This document shows, piece by piece, positions 1 to 9,928 of a DNA stretch of 64,000 nt. How positions within the stretch are numbered: position 1 is the first letter of the stretch; each line of letters opens with the position of its first letter. The stretch lies in IMG/VR virus record IMGVR_UViG_3300032313_001394, positions 75,244-139,243 of that record. One strand, written 5' to 3'. The notes beneath the pieces are model-generated. The model was not told the origin of the DNA and did no database searches. It saw nothing but the letters and a program-made list of their open reading frames with translations. This DNA comes from a virus. The translations under genes were made by a program, and so were the position numbers.

Positions 1-88
1 ACCCATAGCTCTAATGCTTGTTCAATTACGAATTGATCGTGTCCGTTTAACTTTTTCATGTTTGTTTGTTTAAATTTTTAACTTATAA

Positions 89-106
89 TTAAATATAATT
101 AAGAAA
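89..106 (-). promoter_or_regulatory. Repeated phage promoter-like motif, consensus TTTCYTWATTATATTTAA (first copy)
   Basis: Near-identical 18-mers upstream of ORF starts at 89, 529, 1132, 1636, 2439, 2779, 4494, 5581, 7953, 8824, 9109, 9786, 9908, 14649, 17304, 37452, 44672, 54277, 59063, 61689, 63612 and others. Confidence 0.8.
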
Positions 107-113
107 AGGTGAC

Positions 114-491
114 CTAAATGGCCACCTCTTCTCTTTCTAATTCAACAATATCGTCTTCTTTTAACTTATACAATTCCATTTCTAAATAGGCGATCTTTGC
201 TTTGCGATACTCTTCATTTACAATTTGTAATAAGTCATTTAACTCTTCATCTGTAATGTCGATTTGAAATCCTACTTTGTAATTGTTATCACGAGTTGAA
301 TATCTCATAATTTCTACCTTTTCATTGTAACGTTCTCCAAATGTAACTGATGTTACGTTGTGATTTTCGGAATACCATACTGTGATATGATCTGAAAATT
401 TGCTGTGTGTTTCGTTTGGTAGATTCTGTAATATACCTAATCCACGTACTTGCTCGAATAATGTTTTGAATTGATTTAATTCGTTTCTCAT
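114..491 (-). CDS. hypothetical protein
   Basis: 125-aa ORF with AAACAA leader and promoter motif at 529-546. Confidence 0.75.
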   Translation of the reverse strand: MRNELNQFKTLFEQVRGLGILQNLPNETHSKFSDHITVWYSENHNVTSVTFGERYNEKVEIMRYSTRDNNYKVGFQIDITDEELNDLLQIVNEEYRKAKIAYLEMELYKLKEDDIVELEREEVAI

Positions 492-553
492 TTGTTTGTT
501 ATTTAAATTATTTAACTTTTATTACATATTAAAGATAATAAGGAAATTTTTGA

Positions 554-907
554 TTACCAACTCGAACTGTAGTACAAGTCGTCTAAACAGTATGATTTAA
601 ATTCGAGTATATAATTGATTTCACTTTTTGTTTCTTTCAAATTATAATAATAACTATCATCATATTCAACACCACCGAAGAAGAATCCGCTTTGAGTAGG
701 TAATAACTGTTCTGCTAAGTTATTATCATTCAATACATCATTACAGGCATTATGTAATTGAATTAAATGTTCTTTAGTTACTTTATATTGACCACAATCA
801 TCAACACCGTTTTGAACGTTGTCTACGAACCATTTGTGTATAGCATTTGCTTTACGCCATGAGGTAATCGCATTACCATCATGAATTAACATCATGTCTA
901 ATCCCAT
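554..907 (-). CDS. conserved phage hypothetical protein (MGLDM...WRKANAIH family)
   Basis: MGLDM start, WRKANAIHKWF, LPTxSGFFFG and YxSSW end recognised as a widespread phage family. Confidence 0.75.
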   Translation of the reverse strand: MGLDMMLIHDGNAITSWRKANAIHKWFVDNVQNGVDDCGQYKVTKEHLIQLHNACNDVLNDNNLAEQLLPTQSGFFFGGVEYDDSYYYNLKETKSEINYILEFKSYCLDDLYYSSSW

Positions 908-909
908 AA

Positions 910-1107
910 TTATTTTTTTAAATTTAAACGTATATGTTCTTTACTAATGAAGTAATCTAAACTCGCTGCTGCGTTTTGAATTACTAATAGTAAATCGATT
1001 TGTGATAGTACTGGATCGGTATTTAACAGTTGCTGTGATGCTTTAGCAATCATATTGCTGTAGTACTCAATTTTGGGCATGTAGCCGTTCGGATATTTAT
1101 TTTTCAT
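910..1107 (-). CDS. hypothetical protein
   Basis: ORF behind promoter motif 1132-1149. Confidence 0.65.
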   Translation of the reverse strand: MKNKYPNGYMPKIEYYSNMIAKASQQLLNTDPVLSQIDLLLVIQNAAASLDYFISKEHIRLNLKK

Positions 1108-1152
1108 GTTTGTTTGTTTTAATTATTATATTTAAATATAATTAAGAAAGTC

Positions 1153-1413
1153 TTAAAATTCAATCATTGAAATTGGTACATTATATGAACCAACCGTACC
1201 TTCAATCTGTAGAATCGCTTTAGTACGTTTTACTTGTTTTACAATCAATGATTTGCCTTGTAATGTGGGGTGATTTACTTTCACTTTATCACCAATATTC
1301 AATTCAAATTGAGCAATTAACTGTTTACGTTTCAATTTAATTGTTTTAACAACCATTTCGTTTAATGTACGTAATTGCTCTAATGTTAGTTGATTTAATT
1401 GTGCTTGTGTCAT
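1153..1413 (-). CDS. small SH3/KOW-like protein
   Basis: IGDKVKV...VKQVKRTKA...YNVPISMI pattern. Confidence 0.6.
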   Translation of the reverse strand: MTQAQLNQLTLEQLRTLNEMVVKTIKLKRKQLIAQFELNIGDKVKVNHPTLQGKSLIVKQVKRTKAILQIEGTVGSYNVPISMIEF

Positions 1414-1419
1414 GTTTAT

Positions 1420-1608
1420 TTATTTATATAAATTCATTAATAGACCATCTATGAAACAATGTAATTCATTTTCAGTTTCAATACATCCTTCATAATAATC
1501 AACTACTTGATCAATAAATCGTTGTTGTAATTCAGGTGTTGTTAGATAACTGTCTTTAAAATCTTCTGCTAATTCAGTTATATAGGCTTTTACACTTTGA
1601 GTATCCAT
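1420..1608 (-). CDS. hypothetical protein
   Basis: ORF behind promoter motif 1636-1653. Confidence 0.65.
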   Translation of the reverse strand: MDTQSVKAYITELAEDFKDSYLTTPELQQRFIDQVVDYYEGCIETENELHCFIDGLLMNLYK

Positions 1609-1664
1609 ATGTTTGTTTAAATTATTTATTACAAGTTAAATATAATAAGGAAAACTTTAATACT

Positions 1665-2414
1665 CTATTGAGCATTAAAGTAATCCATGACCTCGTTAAC
1701 AGACATCTTTCTGAATACAGTGTCTACTTTCTCACGTGTATATTCTCTATCAGGTGTACTATATACTTCAAACACTATATAACTACCTGATTTAAATGTA
1801 ACTGTAACAGTATCGAATTCTGTATAATTACCTCTACCACGATTATAACCTTTACCTGCTTTTACTTCAGCGTCTGGGTATAGTTTCTTGTATTTATCAA
1901 TTGTATATTCTACTGTTGATTTAGTTTTATTAGCGATTTCGTATTTGTATTTAGCCGTTTCAGCTGCTTTAGCGATGTTAGCTAATAATGTTGTTGGTTT
2001 AAGAGCGCGTGAATTTTGAGTTAATGAATAACATTCAAGTTTATCACCACGTAAATCAACCCATGCTTTGCGTTTAATAATTTTATTTTGGCCAGCATCA
2101 TATTCATCAAATAAGATATAAAATTTACCATTGAAATGATCTAATTCAACTTCAACCATTTTACGATCTTCTCTCCATGAGTTGACATTAATTTCACGCA
2201 TCACCTTAATACAGTCAGTACTATAACCATATTGAGAATTTGTAAATCCAGCTTCATCAACTAAATTTACTTTACGTAACACTTCATCTTGTTGACGTTG
2301 CATTTGCTTTGTAGCTGATATTTTTTCATCTGCAACTCGTTGTTCTTGTTCTACAGTTAACATATCTGCAAACAATGGTAATTGGTTTGGGGCAATTTCG
2401 ATTATATTTTCCAT
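1665..2414 (-). CDS. hypothetical protein
   Basis: 249-aa ORF behind promoter motif 2439-2456. Confidence 0.8.
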   Translation of the reverse strand: MENIIEIAPNQLPLFADMLTVEQEQRVADEKISATKQMQRQQDEVLRKVNLVDEAGFTNSQYGYSTDCIKVMREINVNSWREDRKMVEVELDHFNGKFYILFDEYDAGQNKIIKRKAWVDLRGDKLECYSLTQNSRALKPTTLLANIAKAAETAKYKYEIANKTKSTVEYTIDKYKKLYPDAEVKAGKGYNRGRGNYTEFDTVTVTFKSGSYIVFEVYSTPDREYTREKVDTVFRKMSVNEVMDYFNAQ

Positions 2415-2456
2415 ATTTGTTTGTTTAAATTATTATACTTAAATATAATTAAGAAA

Positions 2457-2753
2457 TTAAACACCTATATTATTAAGTGCTTTTTCATATTTATCAATCT
2501 CAGGAATAATAACTGTTTGAATATAATCATTAAACAACGTTTCGTGTTCAATCATTTCTGCAGGCGCCCAATTGTAAGTACATACATCATAATATGATCT
2601 ATGATACGACATTGACTCGTTTGGATAATTTTCATTAGTCAATGTGTACGTTCCATCACCCTCAATATCGTCTACTTCATACTCTGGATAGTTTTCAGTT
2701 AACCATGTTAGGAACGTTTTGTTAATTAATTTGCGTTTTTCTGTCTTATTCAT
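2457..2753 (-). CDS. hypothetical protein
   Basis: ORF behind promoter motif 2779-2796. Confidence 0.7.
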   Translation of the reverse strand: MNKTEKRKLINKTFLTWLTENYPEYEVDDIEGDGTYTLTNENYPNESMSYHRSYYDVCTYNWAPAEMIEHETLFNDYIQTVIIPEIDKYEKALNNIGV

Positions 2754-2795
2754 ATGTTTGTTTATTTATTTGTACAGATTAAAGATAATAAGGAA

Positions 2796-2813
2796 AGAGG
2801 GCTAAAGCCCTCT
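2796..2813 (-). terminator. intrinsic terminator hairpin
   Basis: AGAGGGC-TTTA-GCCCTCT followed by T-rich bases on the minus strand, just after the stop at 2821. Confidence 0.7.
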
Positions 2814-2820
2814 ATCCATG

Positions 2821-3069
2821 TTATTCACCTCTATTTCCCGCTTTCTGGAATTTCTTATAATCAGGAATACCTTCGAAATTACGTTGCCAATAATCGAAGT
2901 CCTTCTCGCTCATCGGCATTCCGAATACGTGGTATTCTTTTAATTTGCGATCACCTTGTGGAATGAATGCAGGTCCATCTGAGTTGTGGAATTGTTTCTT
3001 ACCACCTCGATCAATGTAATAGCCGATTGTTCCGTCTGCTGTTTTAAATTTACCGTACTTTAATTTCAT
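2821..3069 (-). CDS. H-x-x-DGPA repeat-type protein
   Basis: FHNSDGPAFI...EYHVFG motif typical of viral DGPA-repeat proteins. Confidence 0.6.
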   Translation of the reverse strand: MKLKYGKFKTADGTIGYYIDRGGKKQFHNSDGPAFIPQGDRKLKEYHVFGMPMSEKDFDYWQRNFEGIPDYKKFQKAGNRGE

Positions 3070-3195
3070 AACTTTATTTTTTAATGTTCCACTTTTTTTC
3101 TAAATAATCGTAATAGCGTTGTGTTTTATTTCCATTATATAGGAAATATACTAAATGGATATCAATCCAAAATTCAATTTTACGTAGTAGCTGTT

Positions 3196-3921
3196 TCATC
3201 TTTTATATGTGTTAAATTTAATTTCACCGTTATCCGTACTAATTTGTTCTAAAATCATATACTGACCTGATGTACCTAATGTATCAATATAGTAGTAACG
3301 ACCACCTGTTGATTTACCTTCAGTATCAATCTTACCTTGTGTAGTATGACCTACAACTTGAATAAATTGGTCACGTAATGTATCACGATTCGCAGCCTGT
3401 AATGAATAGGGGCGAATCCAAATCGGTGATGATATTTTACTGTCACCATATGGATCACGACCTGCAAATCCAAATACATTTGGGGTATATTCCCATAAAT
3501 CATTTACTTTCTCTTCAACTGATTCCCATCCTTCCCATTTATTAATCTTTAACCAATCATAACTAACACCAGCATGAGTAAATAAGAAATCACCCATTTG
3601 ATAACACATTTGCATGTGTTGTCTATTTTCATATAATAACTGCTCAATGGCGGGTCTTGCCCCACTTTGATATCCTGAATAATATTGAGTAACACCACGC
3701 ATGTAATGGTAATCGTGGTTACCAATCAACATAATTACTTCAGATTGGCCTGATTGTTTCCAATCAATAATTTCCTGAAAGTTATGCATCTGCTCAACTG
3801 CGGTATTATCAAATGAATCAAAGTAATCACCAATGAATATAACTCGATCTGGAGATTCGCTTGCTACGATTTGCTTCCAATGTGGGCGACCATGTGTGTC
3901 GCCTAATATAACTGTTTTCAT
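3196..3921 (-). CDS. calcineurin-like metallophosphoesterase
   Basis: GDTHG, GDYFD, GNHD, THAG, GHT motifs. Confidence 0.9.
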   Translation of the reverse strand: MKTVILGDTHGRPHWKQIVASESPDRVIFIGDYFDSFDNTAVEQMHNFQEIIDWKQSGQSEVIMLIGNHDYHYMRGVTQYYSGYQSGARPAIEQLLYENRQHMQMCYQMGDFLFTHAGVSYDWLKINKWEGWESVEEKVNDLWEYTPNVFGFAGRDPYGDSKISSPIWIRPYSLQAANRDTLRDQFIQVVGHTTQGKIDTEGKSTGGRYYYIDTLGTSGQYMILEQISTDNGEIKFNTYKR

Positions 3922-3923
3922 AA

Positions 3924-4142
3924 CTATATATGTAAATGGTCTTTAATGTTTTGAATATGCTTACACACTTTAGTACGTCCACATTGGAATGCTAAGCAAT
4001 TGCATTTCAATTGGTTATCTTGATTTCGTACTACCTTATAATCTTGGTATTTACCTTTTTTATCTTTGGATCCCATCACTATATAAGTGATTGTCCATTT
4101 TTCAGTTGGTATCTGTGTTGATTTTGGTCGTCCTCTGGGCAT
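3924..4142 (-). CDS. AT-hook plus SWIM zinc-finger protein
   Basis: PRGRPK N-terminus; CNC...CKH. Confidence 0.7.
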   Translation of the reverse strand: MPRGRPKSTQIPTEKWTITYIVMGSKDKKGKYQDYKVVRNQDNQLKCNCLAFQCGRTKVCKHIQNIKDHLHI

Positions 4143-4513
4143 CTGATAGTTGGTTTTGTAATTGACGTATTTCTAATTGTAACATTTTATATTCATTTGA
4201 GCGTAGTCCATCTTTACTCGACAACAATATTATTGTTGACTGATTGTGTAAATTCATCAGTTGAGTAATTATAGTATTTGTTTCCACTGCTCATATTATA
4301 TACACATATAAATATAATGGGACATATCTCTATGTCCCTTATGTTTTACTTGATATAATTTATCTCGTTTACCTTTACCTGTTCGTTGTGTTGTCATTCT
4401 GGATATGATATGACAACTTTCACCTATTGATAGTGGTTCCGGTTTAAATTGAGATAATATTTCTGCGAATGTTAATTTGTTATTTTTCATATCTTAAAGA
4501 TAATAAGGAAATC

Positions 4514-5131
4514 TTATTTATCCAAACCTGCTAACTTACCTAATCGCTCATACATTGAAGCATAGTCACGAGGTACTTCACGGTTCGCTTCCTCTTCCTC
4601 ATAATCGTCTACCATTGCTTTATCTCTATCTGATAATGGTTTATTAGGTAATGCTTTATCTTCATCACTTAGATGATCAGTATTATCAGGTTCGATTTCG
4701 TCTATTGCTTCTTGAGCACGAGCATAATATTCGCTTGCTTTATCAAGGTATAATTTGGTTGCTTGATCATTGATAGTTGGATCCATAGCTAATGTTCTAT
4801 ATTCATAGAATTTATCCATTAAAAACTTTATATAATCAGCTGGACTCATTTCGTCTTTAGCATCAGGACCAAACTCTTCTATCACTTCATTAATTTCAGA
4901 TGTTAATGGAGATAATTCATACCAATATAAATAACCTGTATCTTCATCATAATCATCATATTCTTCTGCTTTTAAACCTAATTTAGCTAAACCAGCATTT
5001 AATCCATTTAAATCTCTTTGACGATTCCAATATCCTGTTCTGATATATGGTTTTGCACTTTGTAAACGATCAATTTGAGCATTAGGTTCTAATTCTAAAA
5101 CGCCTTGTATTTGTTCTGGAGTTAATTTCAT
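4514..5131 (-). CDS. acidic hypothetical protein, possibly virion-internal
   Basis: 205 aa, ends ERLGKLAGLDK; ATATTTAT motif upstream. Confidence 0.75.
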   Translation of the reverse strand: MKLTPEQIQGVLELEPNAQIDRLQSAKPYIRTGYWNRQRDLNGLNAGLAKLGLKAEEYDDYDEDTGYLYWYELSPLTSEINEVIEEFGPDAKDEMSPADYIKFLMDKFYEYRTLAMDPTINDQATKLYLDKASEYYARAQEAIDEIEPDNTDHLSDEDKALPNKPLSDRDKAMVDDYEEEEANREVPRDYASMYERLGKLAGLDK

Positions 5132-5169
5132 TTTATTATTTATTCATTTGATATAAATATAATTAAGAA

Positions 5170-5190
5170 AAGGGAACCTAAGTTCCCCTT
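5170..5190 (-). terminator. intrinsic terminator hairpin
   Basis: GGGAAC-TTAG-GTTCCC followed by TTTTC on the minus strand. Confidence 0.7.
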
Positions 5191-5211
5191 AATTAAAATA
5201 CTAATATGAAA

Positions 5212-5385
5212 TTACTGAACATTCTTAGCTGTATCAACAGCAGCAGTATCAGCAACAACTGTATCTGCAGCAATAGTATCTACTGTAGTTGAGTCAGCAG
5301 TAGCAGTTTCTGTTTTAGAACCACATGATGTAGCTGCTAATGCGATAAATAATGCAACGAATGTTAATGCGAATAAATTTTTCAT
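5212..5385 (-). CDS. small lipoprotein with D-(S/T)-hydrophobic repeats (not in ORF track)
   Basis: Manual translation MKNLFALTFVALFIALAATSCGSKTETATADSTTVDTIAADTVVADTAAVDTAKNVQ; lipobox ATSC. Confidence 0.8.
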   Translation of the reverse strand: MKNLFALTFVALFIALAATSCGSKTETATADSTTVDTIAADTVVADTAAVDTAKNVQ

Positions 5386-5386
5386 T

Positions 5387-5575
5387 TTACTTTGGTTTAT
5401 TTTTATTTAATTGTTTAATATACTCACGATTACGAATATGAAATCCATTAATCCCTAAACGATGGTAACGTTTTAAGTTAGTACGTTTGTGGTGGAATCG
5501 TCCAGTTTCACGTACATACGTATAACAACTCGACGTTAAAACTGAAATTACGATAAATAATAATAACTTTTTCAT
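5387..5575 (-). CDS. small basic lipoprotein
   Basis: MKKLLLFIVISVLTSSC signal and lipobox. Confidence 0.7.
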   Translation of the reverse strand: MKKLLLFIVISVLTSSCYTYVRETGRFHHKRTNLKRYHRLGINGFHIRNREYIKQLNKNKPK

Positions 5576-5601
5576 ATGATTTAAATGTAGTTAAGAAATC
5601 C

Positions 5602-6750
5602 TTAAAATCCAATCTTGCGTTTTGTATCTACTGCTTTGTATTCTACTTCTTGTAAGTTATATATTTCAGTTAATGTCATATCATCAGTAGCGACATGATC
5701 TATTCCTAAATGCTTAATCAATTTATTTACGTCGTCGACTTTTAATTTATCGAATTTATGTTCAGCAATTAATCTACCTTTACGTAATAATGCTGTATCG
5801 ATTTTCTTACGATCCATATTGAATGTAGCAACGATCTGGATATTTAATATATCACCTAATATACCGTCAGTTAAGTTCAGGATATTTGATACACCGTTTG
5901 CTCCATTAGCATCTCGGTCAGTAATAACACGTTCAGCGTCTTCAATGAATAGAATCGAATCACTGTTTTCAATTAGAAACGGAGTCATCTCAGGTGAGGT
6001 GATGAAGTCCACCAAATAGGGTGGAACGAACATCACCTTCTTGTCCTTGATTTTAGAGGCTAAATATTTTAAATAATGTGTTTTACCTGTACCTGGTTCA
6101 CCATGTAATAGTACTAATCCCTTACCTTTCTTTTGATTCAGTGTTTTAAGTATTTTATCATGAATGGGGAGAAATGATGAACCATAGTTATGTTCTAAAT
6201 CTAATTTCTGTTTAGGCAGATCGAATGTTTGGGTATCATATCCATGACGAGTCTGAACGATTAATGATATATTATTTTCCCGTTTTGGTTTTTTCTTTAG
6301 AATCTTAAGTAAACTATCCTTCAATAACTGGAATCCATCATTACTAATATTGGAATATAATGTTATACCTCCTTCATTATAATCTTCATCATCGTCATCT
6401 TTAGTATGGTTTACTTCAGTAAATGGACTAAACTTTAATAATACCATTGCTGGTTCTTGATTTGAATCTAGAACTAATTTTCTAAATACTTTCGTTTCAG
6501 AACGTTTTTTATATGAAGTATAATTTACACTATGTATTTCTTCAAAATTCCATTTAGTTAACCATGATTTCATCTCCTCTAACTTAAACGAATATCCTGA
6601 AAGATATTCATATATAGTCATCCACTTATCAGTTTGAGCTGTAAAATAGTGAGCTATTGGGAATTCATCAATATCAGAATTATGGAATGGAGTATTATTC
6701 ATTGTTTCGTGTTTACCCTTAGTTAAATCATTTATGCTTATATAAGTCAT
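5602..6750 (-). CDS. AAA+ ATPase
   Basis: Walker A GEPGTGKT, Walker B LFIEDAE, IDTALLRKGR second region of homology. Confidence 0.9.
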   Translation of the reverse strand: MTYISINDLTKGKHETMNNTPFHNSDIDEFPIAHYFTAQTDKWMTIYEYLSGYSFKLEEMKSWLTKWNFEEIHSVNYTSYKKRSETKVFRKLVLDSNQEPAMVLLKFSPFTEVNHTKDDDDEDYNEGGITLYSNISNDGFQLLKDSLLKILKKKPKRENNISLIVQTRHGYDTQTFDLPKQKLDLEHNYGSSFLPIHDKILKTLNQKKGKGLVLLHGEPGTGKTHYLKYLASKIKDKKVMFVPPYLVDFITSPEMTPFLIENSDSILFIEDAERVITDRDANGANGVSNILNLTDGILGDILNIQIVATFNMDRKKIDTALLRKGRLIAEHKFDKLKVDDVNKLIKHLGIDHVATDDMTLTEIYNLQEVEYKAVDTKRKIGF

Positions 6751-6989
6751 TATTTAATGTAGATATACTGTGACTTATTACGCTTTTCAAATGCTTTATC
6801 AGCTTTCCAATTTTGAATCTGCCATTCAGCTAATTCTTTACTTTGAAACGAAGCATAGTGTTCTACCCAATGTAGTCCAACTCGTTGAGATGGAGTGTAA
6901 TACGTTTGTGCTTCGGTTTCGTTTACTCTAATTCGATAAGCTGAGCAACTACTTAGTAGTACTGTTGCTAATATTAGTAATTTTTTCAT
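6750..6989 (-). CDS. small lipoprotein
   Basis: MKKLLILATVLLSSC lipobox. Confidence 0.7.
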   Translation of the reverse strand: MKKLLILATVLLSSCSAYRIRVNETEAQTYYTPSQRVGLHWVEHYASFQSKELAEWQIQNWKADKAFEKRNKSQYIYIK

Positions 6990-7612
6990 TGTATTCGTTT
7001 TACGTGATGATCAAATTCAAATCCTGATTTGATCGGTTGATTATTTATCAATGTTAATACTTTACTTAACGATATTGGATCCATTCCGTTACCATCCATC
7101 CCTACATCCATCATTTTACCTTTACCAATACGACGATCAGAAGGTAAGTGAACGTGTCCGTGTAAGTGAATTACACCATCATTCATTTTATTCCATGACA
7201 TGATTGGATAGTGCATCAATACGAAGTTATGTTGCTTATTAACTTCTAACTCAACGTATTGATTAACTGAAGTAAATAATCGTCTAATATCTTCACGATC
7301 TCGTTCGATGTGATGATCGTGGTTACCTAATATTAAGTGGATGTTTTTACAATTAATACGATTACGGAATTGTTCAATCATTTCAAACCCACCAAACGAC
7401 CAATCACCTAAGTGGAACAAGATATCATCTTGACCTACTTCAGCATTAATACCAGCTACAATTCGATCATTCATTTGATCTAATGTTTTAAAATCACGAG
7501 TAATATCTTCAGCATCAGTCCAACGAGTTGTACCTCTACAAATGTTAGTATGATTGTAATGAGTATCTGATGTAAAGTATAATCGTTGATTTGGTTCTAA
7601 TTTTAATCTCAT
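6986..7612 (-). CDS. calcineurin-like phosphoesterase
   Basis: SDTHYNH, HLGDW, GNHD, MHYP, HGHVH motifs. Confidence 0.9.
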   Translation of the reverse strand: MRLKLEPNQRLYFTSDTHYNHTNICRGTTRWTDAEDITRDFKTLDQMNDRIVAGINAEVGQDDILFHLGDWSFGGFEMIEQFRNRINCKNIHLILGNHDHHIERDREDIRRLFTSVNQYVELEVNKQHNFVLMHYPIMSWNKMNDGVIHLHGHVHLPSDRRIGKGKMMDVGMDGNGMDPISLSKVLTLINNQPIKSGFEFDHHVKRIQ

Positions 7613-7970
7613 CCTATTTGTATTTTATCGTCTTCATCTAATCCAAATAAATCATCACCCTTATAATTTGGATGATTTTTATGCATATAATCAATTCCAA
7701 TGGCCCAACGCCAAACAATAACAGCACATACTATTAAAACTAATAATACACCCGGAATATATTTTACGAATTCCATGCTTCGATTGATGTTTTAGTTTTA
7801 TTCTGTTTTAATTCAGTTAGATTATACTTACGCATGTATTCTTGTTTTTGACGAGAATAATACTCATTTAACTCCTTATCAATTGATGATATTACAGTTG
7901 TAGGAACTAATTTAATATTGAAAATATCTTTTTTAGCTGTCATAACTTTTTATTTAATATAATTAAGAAA

Positions 7971-7993
7971 AATAGGGGGCATAGCCCCCTATT
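7971..7993 (-). terminator. intrinsic terminator hairpin
   Basis: AATAGGGGGC-TAT-GCCCCCTATT followed by TTTC directly after the stop of 7995-8786. Confidence 0.8.
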
Positions 7994-7994
7994 A

Positions 7995-8786
7995 CTAGTT
8001 GGCCAATACATATTCATCTGCTAACTCCCATAATTTGGAATTGAAATCAATATTTTGAGTAAAATTCTTAATCTTTCTAGCTTTACGTGACTTACCTTTT
8101 TCATTTTGATAATGAAACCCACCATTAACTAATTTCTCTTGAACTCGATTCAATACAGCCCACATTGAATTATTAGCGTCTTCTTGACGTTCAACTAATA
8201 ATAACATATTTGGATCTAAATTTTTAAAATTATCTCCAAAACGTAATTGAGCTGCTTTTAAAGCAAACGCTTGAGCCATTTCATCCGATATAGGTGAATC
8301 AGCAAACTTATTAATACGACCAACTACATCAGGTAATTTTTCGATCATTGTATTAATTAATCCTCTTAACGTTTCGAAATTATAACCCATGTGTCTAATT
8401 TTTAACTCACCTAAGTCATGATCCTTAACTACTAATCCATTCGAACATACTAATCTAAAAATACCAATTTCAAATCTAAATGTAGATGAACCATCATGTG
8501 AATTAGTTAATAACACTTCAATATATGAATCTACATTTCCATTCTCATCAGCCATAAACACACCTTCGTTTCTAAACTTAACTAAGTGTTTCTTAATTGA
8601 TGAATTACCTCCCTTACGTGCTTTAACTCCAATTGCCTGAACTGGCTCCCAACCTAATTTTCTCATGTCTTCAACGACTTGAATAGTTGGAATGTGAGTG
8701 TAATGTTCTGATAAACCTGCTTTATGTTCTGTTGACATAACTGCTGGTGCTAAACTTGCGATTTGTTCATTTGATAATGTAGTCAT
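7995..8786 (-). CDS. DUF932/DUF945 family protein
   Basis: LLTNSHDGSS, GIFRLVCSNGLV, IRH, WAVLNRVQE, NSKLW motifs. Confidence 0.85.
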   Translation of the reverse strand: MTTLSNEQIASLAPAVMSTEHKAGLSEHYTHIPTIQVVEDMRKLGWEPVQAIGVKARKGGNSSIKKHLVKFRNEGVFMADENGNVDSYIEVLLTNSHDGSSTFRFEIGIFRLVCSNGLVVKDHDLGELKIRHMGYNFETLRGLINTMIEKLPDVVGRINKFADSPISDEMAQAFALKAAQLRFGDNFKNLDPNMLLLVERQEDANNSMWAVLNRVQEKLVNGGFHYQNEKGKSRKARKIKNFTQNIDFNSKLWELADEYVLAN

Positions 8787-9128
8787 AATATTTGATTTAT
8801 TTGTTTAATTTATTTATTACGTATTAAATATAATAAGGAAAGTCCTTTATTACTAATACTTATAATTAACTTCTTCAGTCATATCTTCATCTCTTATTGG
8901 TTCAATTGGTTTTGAATAAGTATAAGGCACAATTGTATAACCCATAGTTTCAAGCATTAATTTTAAATTTGCTACTTTCGGGTATGCCATTTTTTCTAAT
9001 TCAGAGCCGATACCTTTAAGTAAAAGCATCTCTTTATAATCGCGGGGTGTTTTTTTGTTTGTACTCTCCATTCTGTTTGTTTTTTAAATTGAAAATTTAT
9101 TTTATAAGGTAAATATAATTAAGAAAAT

Positions 9129-9752
9129 TTAAATCGATCTATATGCTTGTCTAATTCGTTTTTGAACTAGCTCTTTATAACCATCAGCAGCGGCTATAAA
9201 TTCACCTCGTGATGCATTCCATAACTCTAATTCTGCTTTACGACGACGTACTAATCCTTTACGAACACGTCCACCTGCTAATTTATACTGTAGTAGGTAT
9301 GGTTTGATATTTTTACCACGTTTAATTGCTCTACCTAAACCATCAGTGCTGAAACGCATTCCGATGTTATAGGCAATCATTGATGTTAATATAATCTTTT
9401 TATATGATTTAACTTCAGGAAAACGACGTTTAACGTCTTTAATGAATTTTTGATAATCTTTATCAAATAGGCGATCTGCTTCCTCTAATGTAATACCATG
9501 TCTATATTTACGACGTTCGGTTTTAGTCATAACATGGCCCCATCCAATTGTCCATTTACCACCTGGGCATTTATATGGTTTTAATTTTAATGACTCTTCT
9601 GACTTAATGAATAATGTAGCTGTATTGTAGAGTTTATCTTCGGTAGGTTCAGCTACTGTAATGTGTTTTGGTTCTTGTGGTGGTTTGTCTTGTTTATTAT
9701 TATAACCTATCCACAATGCGGCTAGCATAGCTGTTATGACTATTTTCTTCAT
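9129..9752 (-). CDS. GH24 (T4-type) lysozyme with N-terminal hydrophobic segment
   Basis: E-x8-C-x5-T-IGWGH catalytic pattern; GLVRRRKAE. Confidence 0.85.
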   Translation of the reverse strand: MKKIVITAMLAALWIGYNNKQDKPPQEPKHITVAEPTEDKLYNTATLFIKSEESLKLKPYKCPGGKWTIGWGHVMTKTERRKYRHGITLEEADRLFDKDYQKFIKDVKRRFPEVKSYKKIILTSMIAYNIGMRFSTDGLGRAIKRGKNIKPYLLQYKLAGGRVRKGLVRRRKAELELWNASRGEFIAAADGYKELVQKRIRQAYRSI

Positions 9753-9928
9753 AAGTAATGTTGGTTAAATTGTTAAACTTATAATTTAAAGTTAATTAAG
9801 AAAGCCTTAGTTTCCTAAGGCTCGTCATCAAATTCAGGGAATGGATAAAAACCATTTAAAACCGCTTCAATATAAATTTCATCCATCGTCTTAATTTTTA
9901 GTACGATGTAAATATAATTGAGAAATTT

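Noticed and set aside
89-9925. Repeated 18-mers as a CRISPR array or att sites
   Set aside because: Spacing is irregular and gene-sized, copies sit upstream of start codons, and there are no cas or integrase genes
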